DNA of 24,000 nt, from contig JAWOFX010000064.1 in NCBI GenBank assembly GCA_046497275.1, positions 52 through 24,051 on the forward strand, written 5' to 3'. The DNA is from Promethearchaeia archaeon. GTDB lineage: Archaea > Asgardarchaeota > Lokiarchaeia > Sigyniarchaeales > SOKP01. A program made the position numbers and the translations under genes. Positions 1 to 8,716 of the stretch are shown one piece after another. How positions within the stretch are numbered: position 1 is the first letter of the stretch; the number at the start of each line of letters is the position of its first letter. A model generated the notes under the pieces. That model had not been told where the DNA came from. It made no database searches and saw nothing but the letters and a program-made list of their open reading frames with translations.

Positions 1-141
1 TCCGCAAAAATAAAACATATTTTTTTTTATTTAATCTTGGTTATTAAAGACAAAATAAGAAGAAAAATCGAGAGGTTACTGACATTTTTTGACAAAAATT
101 GATTCCACCAAACCCTGACAAAAATATATTACATATAACAC

Positions 142-166
142 AAAAAAAGAGAATAAAAGAAAAAAA
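142..166 (-). terminator. T-rich intrinsic terminator-like tract just after the trpB stop codon
   Basis: Minus strand reads TTTTTTTCTTTTATTCTCTTTTTTT immediately after the TAA at 172..170; archaeal intrinsic termination typically uses U-rich tracts. Confidence 0.6.
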
Positions 167-169
167 TAT

Positions 170-1582
170 TTAAAATTGGGATTCATCAATCTGAGGCATA
201 TCTGCATCATTTATGGATTTATTAATCCTCTCTTCTGATAATTCAAAGTTTTCTAAATCACCGGTCATAAATTCTTTGTACGCCAGAAGGTCAAAATAGC
301 CGTGACCACTGAAATTGAAAAGTATTGTTTTGTTTTCATTATTTTCTTTTGCTTTAAGTGCTTGATCCATAGCTTCTTTAATAGCATGATTTGTTTCGGG
401 TGCAGGTAAAATCCCCTCTGCTTTTGCAAATAACATTCCTGCTTCTATAACTTCAAGCTGATGATGCATAGTTACGTCAATTATTCCATTATTATATAAA
501 TTAGATACAATAGGAGCCATTCCATGATATCGTAATCCCCCAGCATGAATTGGACTAGGTATGAAATTATGACCGAGGGTGTGCATCTTTAGGATAGGTG
601 CTTTCTTGGCAGAATCCCCGTAATCCCAAGTATATTTTCCTTTACATACACTCGGACATGCCCGAGGTTCAACTCCAATAATCTGAATATCTGGACTATC
701 ACCACGAATTTTATCTCGTGCAAATGGAATCATTAATCCAGAGAAGTTTGACCCTCCCCCCATACAACCTATGACGATATCGGGATATTCGATACCAGAT
801 TTTTTGAGTTGTATTTGTGCTTCCTGACCAATGATGGTCTGATGAAGACAAACAAAATTAACTACACTTCCCAAGGAATATCGGATTTTGTCACTCCTTA
901 AACTATGTTCGACCGCCTCTGAAATAGCGATACCTAAGCTCCCAGGATGTTCTGGATCACTTTCATAATAACTTTTTCCAGATTCTGTAAATCTTGAAGG
1001 AGACGCATGAACTTCGGCATCATATGATCTCATTAGTATTTTTCGTCCAGGCTTTTGAATAAAACTTGCTCTTACCATATAAACCGTACATGTGATATTA
1101 AATAAGGAACATCCATATGAAAGACCAGATCCCCATTGCCCTGCTCCAGTCTCCGTCACCAGCTCATTTATTCCATCCGCTTTGGCGTAGTATGCTTGAG
1201 CGAGCGCGGTATTGGGTTTATGTGAACCCGTTGGAGAGACTGATTCATTCTTATAGAATATCTTTATTTCTTCTCCCTCAACACCCAATTCTTTTTCTAG
1301 TCCATACGCTCTATGAAGTGGAGTGGGTCTATGTGATCTTGCATAAATCTCTCTTAAATCTTTTGGGATCGGTATAGTGGGTTCTTGGGATACTTCTTGA
1401 ATAACACATTCCTTCGGAAAGATGGCAGCTGCCATTTCAAAGGGTGCAGGCTTTCCATTCATCGGGTTTATTAAGGGTGTCATAGGTGTGGGTAAATCGG
1501 GTAAAATATTTATCCACTCTTTTGGCACTTCCTTTGGATCTAACAAAATTCTTGCATTAAAATAATCTGTCACTTTAAACAC
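170..1582 (-). CDS. trpB: Tryptophan synthase beta chain-like protein, TrpB2 type (GTG start)
   Basis: RPTPLHRAYGLEKELG, KNESVSPTGSHKPNTALAQAYYAK (PLP-lysine region), TETGAGQWG, CMGGGSNFSG, EGILPAPETNHA; long TrpB2-style N-terminal extension. Confidence 0.95.
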   Translation of the reverse strand: MFKVTDYFNARILLDPKEVPKEWINILPDLPTPMTPLINPMNGKPAPFEMAAAIFPKECVIQEVSQEPTIPIPKDLREIYARSHRPTPLHRAYGLEKELGVEGEEIKIFYKNESVSPTGSHKPNTALAQAYYAKADGINELVTETGAGQWGSGLSYGCSLFNITCTVYMVRASFIQKPGRKILMRSYDAEVHASPSRFTESGKSYYESDPEHPGSLGIAISEAVEHSLRSDKIRYSLGSVVNFVCLHQTIIGQEAQIQLKKSGIEYPDIVIGCMGGGSNFSGLMIPFARDKIRGDSPDIQIIGVEPRACPSVCKGKYTWDYGDSAKKAPILKMHTLGHNFIPSPIHAGGLRYHGMAPIVSNLYNNGIIDVTMHHQLEVIEAGMLFAKAEGILPAPETNHAIKEAMDQALKAKENNENKTILFNFSGHGYFDLLAYKEFMTGDLENFELSEERINKSINDADMPQIDESQF

Positions 1583-1680
1583 GTTTTAATATTTTTTAAA
1601 TTTTTATGTGTCTCATAATAAAATTGGAAATCAATAGTATTAATGCACATAAATAAAGTTTTAATATCTTGAAAATGAAT

Positions 1681-1698
1681 CAAAACAAAAGAAAAAAG
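1681..1698 (-). terminator. Candidate attenuator/terminator T-rich tract between the Trp-rich leader ORF and trpB
   Basis: Minus strand CTTTTTTCTTTTGTTTTG, preceded by weak stem 1722-1716/1705-1699; compositionally like the tract after trpB. Confidence 0.5.
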
Positions 1699-1729
1699 AC
1701 ATTAATCGAAATAGTCCAATGCAAAGGCG

Positions 1730-1795
1730 TTATTGCCAACGCCAAGGCCACTGCCAACACCAGAAATTATTTTTAACAGTTGCCATCTTATTCAT
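1730..1795 (-). CDS. Trp-codon-rich leader peptide MNKMATVKNNFWCWQWPWRWQ (candidate trp attenuation leader)
   Basis: Manual translation: ATG AAT AAG ATG GCA ACT GTT AAA AAT AAT TTC TGG TGT TGG CAG TGG CCT TGG CGT TGG CAA TAA; same strand and immediately upstream of trpB. Confidence 0.85.
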   Translation of the reverse strand: MNKMATVKNNFWCWQWPWRWQ

Positions 1796-1830
1796 TTTAT
1801 AAGGACTATTTATTTTTAGTTGTTTTTCAG

Positions 1831-1838
1831 TATTTAAA
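1831..1838 (-). promoter_or_regulatory. Candidate TATA box (TTTAAATA) for the leader-trpB transcript
   Basis: Minus strand CTTTTTAAATACTG; predicted start about 25 nt downstream gives a very short 5' UTR before the leader ATG. Confidence 0.45.
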
Positions 1839-1940
1839 AAGTTATTGTTTTTATACGTACTTTTTCCCATTCCTATTTGCGTTAGAAAAAGACATATCTC
1901 TCTTATATAATTTTATAACAAGAAAGGATTACATAGATTG

Positions 1941-2342
1941 TTATTCTTCAAAGATCTTGACTAGATTTCTTGCTGCTACCCGCATCACTTTCACAGTCTT
2001 CATTAGCGTATCTATAATTGTTCCAGCGCATACAATTACTAATTTTCCGGCATTTGTGATAACGATATATCCATCTTCTGCCCTCAAAATTATTTCACTG
2101 AGATCTTCTTGAAATAATTGTTGGATAGTAGATCTTCCTGTCATCAGAAGAGCAGACGCTAATCCACAAAATTGATCTCCATCAACTTTATAATGGGGCA
2201 GAGCGGAGAATGCTATCTGGTACCCCTCTGAGGAGACTAATGCAATCGCTTCAATATCTGCATTAGAGGTTATGAATGTTATTTCTGGTGAAATCTTCTC
2301 TATATCATCGTTAGTTATTCCTAGATCGCTCCCAAACTGAAT
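1941..2342 (-). CDS. Roadblock/LC7 domain protein (start uncertain; frame open to 2360, no ATG/GTG/TTG upstream of 2144)
   Basis: The track ORF begins mid-domain at 2144. The upstream frame reads IQFGSDLGITNDDIEKISPEITFITSNADIEAIALVSSEGYQIAFSALPHYKVDGDQFCGLASALLMTGR..., completing a roadblock-like domain. Confidence 0.75.
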   Translation of the reverse strand: MQFGSDLGITNDDIEKISPEITFITSNADIEAIALVSSEGYQIAFSALPHYKVDGDQFCGLASALLMTGRSTIQQLFQEDLSEIILRAEDGYIVITNAGKLVIVCAGTIIDTLMKTVKVMRVAARNLVKIFEE

Positions 2343-2527
2343 CTTGAAAACCTTATAATTTTAATTTTTATTATTTAGTTTTATATCTTTATAGATATAA
2401 AAAAAAGATTTTTAATTTATTCTTTTTGGATTATATTTTATTTTAGAATCAATGCTAATCTTAATTACTAAAAAATAAATAATTAATTTATTATATAGAT
2501 GAAAGAACAATCACGTATAGTTAAAAA

Positions 2528-4849
2528 ATGATAACAACCAGAGAATCTATCAATTATCAATTTTCATTAATATATGGATATTCATCGCCTAATCATGAGA
2601 ATTTGATGGTTGGAGATATAATAAGTCCAGGAAATCTAACAAAAAATCTAATAAATGAGTTATCAAAAGATGTAATTAGATATTTAACTGAATTTAACGC
2701 AATGCTGCGGGATTATACAGGATCTGAATTATACTCTGTTGAATTCGAATTATTAAATTATAAAGAAGGAGATTATAGTATTAAAATTTATCCAAAATCA
2801 ATGTTACTAATGCCTGGAAACTATAAAGAATGTGAAAGTCTTATGCTTGCATTAAAACCCGAAACAGGATATCTGAACGTTCATAAGTCTAGTCAATCAA
2901 TAAACGGGATAAGTAAGCTATTTTTCGAAGTTGAAGATTATGCCAATCATCCTAATCTTGATTATAATGAAAAGAAACAAGTTTATAAAACATTTGCTAC
3001 AAGATTTAGTAAAAAATTGTTTGGTGAATTAATAGAAGATAAATGGAATAAGAAATTAATTGGTTTATCTGAATCATTACCCACAGATAAAAAAAATTTA
3101 AAAATTTATAGCAAGCTAAAATCTAATTTAGAAATAAACTGGTATAAAACACCCTTTGAAATAAAACTTTCACAAATTGAGTTCGGAAAAATTAGAGATC
3201 CTTTTGAAGGGAAGTCCGCAATTGAACACCTTAAATTTAGTATAACAGAGCCGAGTGCGGGATTTGTGATTGAAAAAACGTTAAAATTAGGGTCTAATTT
3301 ACTAGATTTAGCAAATTGGGGTACAATTGATGAATTTCAAGAAAGAATAATTAAGTTTATCTTAAAAAAAACGAGAGATACAATTTTATTAGACTTAGAT
3401 AACAAATCTGAGATCCAAATAATTTCTCTATTTGACAATTTTCTTAAGCAAATAAAACAGAAATTAGAAGAATTTACTATATATTGTAAAAAATTTCTGA
3501 AAACCGGAGAGAAAGGAGATCTTGCTGAAATTTTATTAAAATTAAAAAAATTTCTTAAAGAGCAGAATCAAAATTATAGACAAGAAGAAATTCAAGATAT
3601 ATACATTATTCTTAGGGATTTTATAAAAAAAACAATAAGTAAAAAACAAGAAATTAGAGCAAATGATTTTAATTCTTCTTTTAATTATTTTTCTGAATTG
3701 ATAAATAGATCTTTTAATAAAATTCAAGAAAGTCTACCGAAATATCTTTTAATCAGAAGACTTAATAAAACAGTTCAAACCTTAATTAAAAAACTTAAAA
3801 GTGAATTTGATAAGGAACAAAAGCCTGTTAAGATATTGGGTTATAGATTTATTGAAAAATTTAGAGATCATCTTCTAAAAATGATTAATAAATATTCAAT
3901 CTTAACAGAAAAAAAAATAGTATTTGAAAGGGATATTATAAAAAAGAACTTTATTAGATTAATCTCAAACTATTTAGATGATTTTTTTGATAATGTCCAA
4001 TTAGGAATAGCAGAAATTATTTCTTTTGCTGAAATAAACACAGATGAACATTCGAAAAATATATCTCATTATATTGAAGATTTCAAAAAGTTCTCAGATG
4101 AAATACATTTCCTTTTAAGTTATATCCTAAGATATTCCACTATAAATAGATTTATAAAAGATAAGCCAGATAAAGACATCTCGGACCCTGTTTCTTTCTC
4201 AACTAAATTTCATAGATTTCTAGAAAAAAGATTAGCAGGGATCGATTTAATTTGGAAATCTGTAATTTTAGATTGGATAAAAAATTATGCTAAACTCTTT
4301 TTTAAATTAGAAGTCAATAGAATGTGGACAATTAATGAAATTTATACTGATTTTATCAACTATCTCGAGGAGAAGGAGAAAATATCTAGAAATCCCAATA
4401 GTTTCACAGAATTCCTGGACACTTTCATAGCTAAAGTTGAAAATGAAGATGAGAAGAAAACTCTAATGAAGTTTTACGAGCAATATAAATATTTTATTGG
4501 AGTTAATACTGAATTTCCTAAATACTTACGTGAAAAAATTGAAACTCAAATTAAAAGTTTAAATTTAGATTGGGAAAATGATTTTCCAATAGAAATTTTA
4601 TCTTCAAATGAGAATTCAAATAGTTTTTATGAATATATAAGAGAAAATGAACTAAAATATTTTTCAAATTTAATCCCTGTTCCATCAACCATGATATTAA
4701 AACATAAACTAAACAATGAGGAGTTAGAACTCTTTAAGGGAGATTTATTCCAAGTGTTTGGTTTTAAGAATTGGGGAGTTGGAAATATTGCATTAGATTT
4801 ATCTGATAATTTTCAGGAAGTATATAGAGAGTGGATAAAAGAATTATGA
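2528..4849 (+). CDS. Large (773 aa) helix-rich soluble protein of unknown function
   Basis: Long ORF, Lys/Glu/Ile-rich, no recognisable catalytic motif; preceded by TA-rich promoter-like sequence. Confidence 0.8.
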   Translation: MITTRESINYQFSLIYGYSSPNHENLMVGDIISPGNLTKNLINELSKDVIRYLTEFNAMLRDYTGSELYSVEFELLNYKEGDYSIKIYPKSMLLMPGNYKECESLMLALKPETGYLNVHKSSQSINGISKLFFEVEDYANHPNLDYNEKKQVYKTFATRFSKKLFGELIEDKWNKKLIGLSESLPTDKKNLKIYSKLKSNLEINWYKTPFEIKLSQIEFGKIRDPFEGKSAIEHLKFSITEPSAGFVIEKTLKLGSNLLDLANWGTIDEFQERIIKFILKKTRDTILLDLDNKSEIQIISLFDNFLKQIKQKLEEFTIYCKKFLKTGEKGDLAEILLKLKKFLKEQNQNYRQEEIQDIYIILRDFIKKTISKKQEIRANDFNSSFNYFSELINRSFNKIQESLPKYLLIRRLNKTVQTLIKKLKSEFDKEQKPVKILGYRFIEKFRDHLLKMINKYSILTEKKIVFERDIIKKNFIRLISNYLDDFFDNVQLGIAEIISFAEINTDEHSKNISHYIEDFKKFSDEIHFLLSYILRYSTINRFIKDKPDKDISDPVSFSTKFHRFLEKRLAGIDLIWKSVILDWIKNYAKLFFKLEVNRMWTINEIYTDFINYLEEKEKISRNPNSFTEFLDTFIAKVENEDEKKTLMKFYEQYKYFIGVNTEFPKYLREKIETQIKSLNLDWENDFPIEILSSNENSNSFYEYIRENELKYFSNLIPVPSTMILKHKLNNEELELFKGDLFQVFGFKNWGVGNIALDLSDNFQEVYREWIKEL

Positions 4850-7236
4850 TTAGCGGGATAAAAAGAAAGTCAACAGCGATGGAAAGTGCATTTAGATACT
4901 TTCAAACTGTTGATTTAATCATCTCTCATTTTAAGAGAGAAGCCGACAAAGAGAAGATTTTTGAGATATTAGATGAGACATTTACATTAAAAGATTTACT
5001 AGTTTCGACAGCAGCAATTCATATTTATCATAACTTAGGGATAAGAGTTGAACAAGCAATTGATATTAAGGAGGGTACTGTTGAATCCTCAAGAAAGCAA
5101 GAAATATTGGAGAAACAAAATATATTTGAGGAAGTGAAATATCTTCTTAAAGATTCCTTTGAATCTGAAATGGATATCTTTATGAGGATAATTGAACTTG
5201 AAAATAGATTTATTAATTTATTAATAGATTTAAGAGATCCAAACATTTCGGAAAATCAAAAACAAGAAAAATTGAATGAAATAGATCAATATTTAGAGAA
5301 AGAATTATTGAAATTTATTTTGGAATATAAAATCTTTAATTTTTATGATCTTATAGGAGATTTAATAGGTTATACCAATGAAGTGAAAAAAGATATTTTA
5401 GATGTTAGTGGAGATTTCAAAGACTTGTCAATTGAATTAGAAAAAAGACTTAAACAAGAGGAAAAAGAGGATAAATACATAGAATTATCAACCTTGAATA
5501 GAATAATTGAAAAAATAAAAACCAATTTTGAGTTCAAATCTTATCAAGAATTAAAAATGCAGGCCATGCCTGTTAGAATGATTAAAAAAGAAATAATTAA
5601 TCATGATTTGGAACGTTTTCCAATCTCTATACCTGGTTTGATGGCATTTAAAGAAGCAAATCGATTAAAAGAGAGATTAATAAAAAAAATTGAGGAAAAT
5701 TTAGAAAAAAAGATAGATTATCAACATTTTGAAGAAGAGATTTTCTCGTTTATGAAAAAGGAGATTATTGAACAATTAAATACAAATCCAAATGACTTTA
5801 TATATTTTTTACAAAATCTTAATGAAGAGAATTTCGAGGAGATTATTTATACACTTCACAAATATGGTATTTTTAATATTTTAGAATTAATCAATATCGA
5901 CGATGATTTGGCTAAAAAAGTAAAAGAAAATATGATTCGGTATAATATTAAAAAATTCGATATAATCCAACTTAATGATCGCAAAAAAAATATTTTAATA
6001 AAAACTAAAAAGGTATTAAATGAGATAAGCAGGAGCAATTTACAAAAAATAGAGGGCATTAATGATGAAATTATAGATTTAAAGAAAATAATAAAAGAGG
6101 AAAAGAATAATAATTTGGAATTATGGAAATTGATTGAAAATAAAACTGGTTCTGATTATATTGAACTTAAAGAATTTATAAGAAAGAAAGAAATTGTGGA
6201 TAAAATCTTTTTAGAGAATTTGGGAATAATGAATTATTCTCAAATATTGTTATTACTGGATTTTGAGAATATTATCAATAATTTGGTTAAAGATACTTTC
6301 TTTTATATCTTATCAAAAATTTTAAGACAATTGAGCAGAATTATCGAAGCTTTTTTAAAAATTACGAATGAAAAAACCCTTTATCTTTTAGCTTTTAAAA
6401 AGATGTATAATACAACAGAATCAGAAGATTGGGTATGGATAAAACTCGAGGAATTGATAATTCAGAGATTAATTAAGAGACAAAGTGAATTAGTAGTCTT
6501 ATTTAATGCCTATGACAGACCCTTTTTAATAAACGGATTTATATTAGCAAGATTAACTGAATCATCATTAGAAAAAGCTAGAAATATTCTAGAGAATAAA
6601 ATAAGTCCCATATATGAAGATATTAAACCAATAAAACTTAAAAAAGATTTGATCTCTCCAATATCCTATTGTTTAGCTTATGATTTAATTAAAAGGTTTG
6701 AAAATTATGAAGAATTAAGAAAAGAAAATGTACTAAAAATAATGGAAGAAAAAGTAGAGCAAAAAGAAAAAATTAAAAAGGAAATAAGAAGAAATCAAGA
6801 AAAAAATACATTCAATTGGATAGAGAGAAAAATAACTTCCTCTTTAATGAGGATAAATAGCCCAGGGATAAATCCAAATCAATTATATTGGACTGAAAGG
6901 GATACAAAAATTACTTCAGATAATATAAAACTTCATAGTGAATTAAATGGAGATACTTTTGATTTGTTTATAGAATATTTTCAATTTGCTATTGATAAAA
7001 TCGAATCTCTCTATTCTGATTTGAAACTTCCTAATCCGGAAAAAATCAAATTTATAATAAGGAAGATTATCAACGTTATTTTAAAAGAGAGATTTGCGCA
7101 TGAGCCTAATCTTGAAGAAATCAACAATATGTTGGATGGGGAAAGATATGAAGTCGCTAAACAAATTGCAAAAAAGATTGGGACTATATTAGATAAAGCA
7201 CTATATTCTAAGTTTAAATTAAAAAGAAAATCATAG
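4846..7236 (+). CDS. Large (about 796 aa) helix/coiled-coil-rich protein of unknown function, translationally coupled to the upstream gene
   Basis: ATG at 4846 overlaps the upstream TGA (ATGA overlap); the track start at 4831 is GTG. Long charged helical segments. Confidence 0.8.
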   Translation: MISGIKRKSTAMESAFRYFQTVDLIISHFKREADKEKIFEILDETFTLKDLLVSTAAIHIYHNLGIRVEQAIDIKEGTVESSRKQEILEKQNIFEEVKYLLKDSFESEMDIFMRIIELENRFINLLIDLRDPNISENQKQEKLNEIDQYLEKELLKFILEYKIFNFYDLIGDLIGYTNEVKKDILDVSGDFKDLSIELEKRLKQEEKEDKYIELSTLNRIIEKIKTNFEFKSYQELKMQAMPVRMIKKEIINHDLERFPISIPGLMAFKEANRLKERLIKKIEENLEKKIDYQHFEEEIFSFMKKEIIEQLNTNPNDFIYFLQNLNEENFEEIIYTLHKYGIFNILELINIDDDLAKKVKENMIRYNIKKFDIIQLNDRKKNILIKTKKVLNEISRSNLQKIEGINDEIIDLKKIIKEEKNNNLELWKLIENKTGSDYIELKEFIRKKEIVDKIFLENLGIMNYSQILLLLDFENIINNLVKDTFFYILSKILRQLSRIIEAFLKITNEKTLYLLAFKKMYNTTESEDWVWIKLEELIIQRLIKRQSELVVLFNAYDRPFLINGFILARLTESSLEKARNILENKISPIYEDIKPIKLKKDLISPISYCLAYDLIKRFENYEELRKENVLKIMEEKVEQKEKIKKEIRRNQEKNTFNWIERKITSSLMRINSPGINPNQLYWTERDTKITSDNIKLHSELNGDTFDLFIEYFQFAIDKIESLYSDLKLPNPEKIKFIIRKIINVILKERFAHEPNLEEINNMLDGERYEVAKQIAKKIGTILDKALYSKFKLKRKS

Positions 7237-7293
7237 AAATATTTTTTATAGAATTATAATTATATAACTAAAAAGAAACGTTGATACATTATC

Positions 7294-7566
7294 TTGTCAA
7301 ACATAAGCTCAAAAGTTAGAGACTTTTTAAAAAATCTACTAAATTCATTACCTGAAATAATCTTTGGCTTCATTTTATTTTTGCTGGCAATTTCAGGGGT
7401 AATTATTGCTCTCATTTTAAGATCTCTCGGTTTTAATGGAGCAAATATAGTATTTTTAAGTTTAATAACGGAAATTTTCTGTTTAATTGCCGGTTATTTT
7501 ATTTTTAATCGAAGATATATAAAGGAAGAACCAGAGAAGGAAAAAATAAAGAAATTTAAGAAATAG
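7294..7566 (+). CDS. Small protein with two predicted transmembrane helices
   Basis: TTG start; IIFGFILFLLAISGVIIALIL and IVFLSLITEIFCLIAGYFIF followed by a basic tail; same strand, 57 nt after the large gene pair. Confidence 0.6.
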   Translation: MSNISSKVRDFLKNLLNSLPEIIFGFILFLLAISGVIIALILRSLGFNGANIVFLSLITEIFCLIAGYFIFNRRYIKEEPEKEKIKKFKK

Positions 7567-7573
7567 CAACTTT

Positions 7574-8287
7574 TTACTCTATAAATTTCTCCCATTTTTG
7601 TGTGTTATATTTGTGATTGGATAAATATTCTTTCAAATCTTCTATCAAAACTTCTGGATTATATTCCCAAGCATGATTTTTATTAAAAGAAATGCATTTA
7701 ACATTATTATAACTGAATATTGATTTAAACAATAACCCATAAGAAGCAACTTGAGGTAGAGAATATAAAAAATTACCTTCTGGTTTATAATCTACAATTT
7801 TTATCATCTCTTTCTTAATTTCTATCAAATCAATGTGTCCAGTTATATATTCTCCATTGATTTTTTTCCAAATCGGAGTTTCAATAGCAATAGAATTACG
7901 ATCTCTTATCAATATATTTTTAAGTATTGGATCATGACCAGGATTTTTGTTTATTTTATTTTTTAGAAAATTTTGGTAGACTTCATTCGCAAAACGAGAT
8001 AATTTGTAATCAGAATCGAATTTTATAATCTTTCCGGTGCGAACCAATTGTTTACTATAACTTCTTAAATATGGCCCCTTAATCCCCTTTAGCTTAAAGT
8101 TTGATATTCTTTGAATATTTTTCATATTAAAAATTTGATTAGGCACTCTTCCTTTATAGATCTCTTGAAAAAATTGTTTTAATTTCTTATAATCTTGATT
8201 TAATTGATTAATTTTTTCTAATCGGCTCTTATGATAATGAAAACTATAACGTATATTTTGGTGATAAAAATCTCTTCTATTTAGCAT
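7574..8287 (-). CDS. PD-(D/E)XK nuclease-like protein (Cas4/RecB-like fold)
   Basis: GHIDLIEIKKEMIKIVDYKPEG plus QVASYGLLF (D...DxK...QxxxY arrangement). Confidence 0.7.
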   Translation of the reverse strand: MLNRRDFYHQNIRYSFHYHKSRLEKINQLNQDYKKLKQFFQEIYKGRVPNQIFNMKNIQRISNFKLKGIKGPYLRSYSKQLVRTGKIIKFDSDYKLSRFANEVYQNFLKNKINKNPGHDPILKNILIRDRNSIAIETPIWKKINGEYITGHIDLIEIKKEMIKIVDYKPEGNFLYSLPQVASYGLLFKSIFSYNNVKCISFNKNHAWEYNPEVLIEDLKEYLSNHKYNTQKWEKFIE

Positions 8288-8527
8288 GGGTTTTTATATA
8301 GAAATTAATATCTTAAATAAAAATAAGAATTTTTGATAATTAAACTCTTTATATTAAAGAATTATTAACTTTCATTGATTAAATTTCCCGACAATATAAA
8401 GAGAATTACAGGGAATAGAAAATTTAGAATTAATCCCTCTAAGATTCACAATATATTATGAAATAAATTCTTAAAAAGATTTATATAAAATGACCTCCAT
8501 CCCCTACTCCAGGAGCGGGGGTAAAAG

Positions 8528-8602
8528 CGGACCCGGCAGGATTCGAACCTGCGACTTTCGGATTAGAAGTCCGACGCCCTATCCAGGCTAGGCTACGAGT
8601 CC
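8528..8602 (-). tRNA. tRNA-Arg (anticodon TCT)
   Basis: Acceptor GGACTCG/CGGGTCC, anticodon arm TCGGA-CTTCTAA-TCCGA, T arm GCAGG-TTCGAAT-CCTGC; CCA not encoded. Confidence 0.95.
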
Positions 8603-8716
8603 AATATAACAAAATAAAATTATCTTATATTAAGAATTATAAAGTAAAATCTTTAAATTTTATTATAATCTCCTCTCTAATTTTAAAATCGGCGATATTT
8701 GAGATAAAATCGAAAT

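Noticed and set aside
1-5. Window begins with TCCGC, which could be the complement of a tRNA 5' end such as GCGGA
   Set aside because: Only five bases are available; cannot be supported
1117-1377. Plus-strand 86-aa ORF inside trpB
   Set aside because: Fully antisense to the strongly supported trpB coding sequence
1716-1765. The repeated TTGGC/GCCAA pattern considered as a DNA repeat or operator
   Set aside because: Better explained by the regularly spaced TGG codons (every second codon) of the Trp-rich leader ORF on the minus strand
1780-2112. Plus-strand 110-aa ORF
   Set aside because: Antisense to the roadblock gene and overlapping the leader region; no recognisable domain and composition typical of spurious hydrophobic antisense frames
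3542-3727. Minus-strand short ORF inside the 773-aa gene (with similar ones at 5028..5246 and 5856..6059)
   Set aside because: Antisense low-complexity ORFs inside long coding frames; expected by chance in AT-rich DNA
7574-8287. Possibility that the Cas4-like gene marks a CRISPR-Cas or other defence locus
   Set aside because: No CRISPR repeats, cas genes, transposase or integrase signatures found in the window
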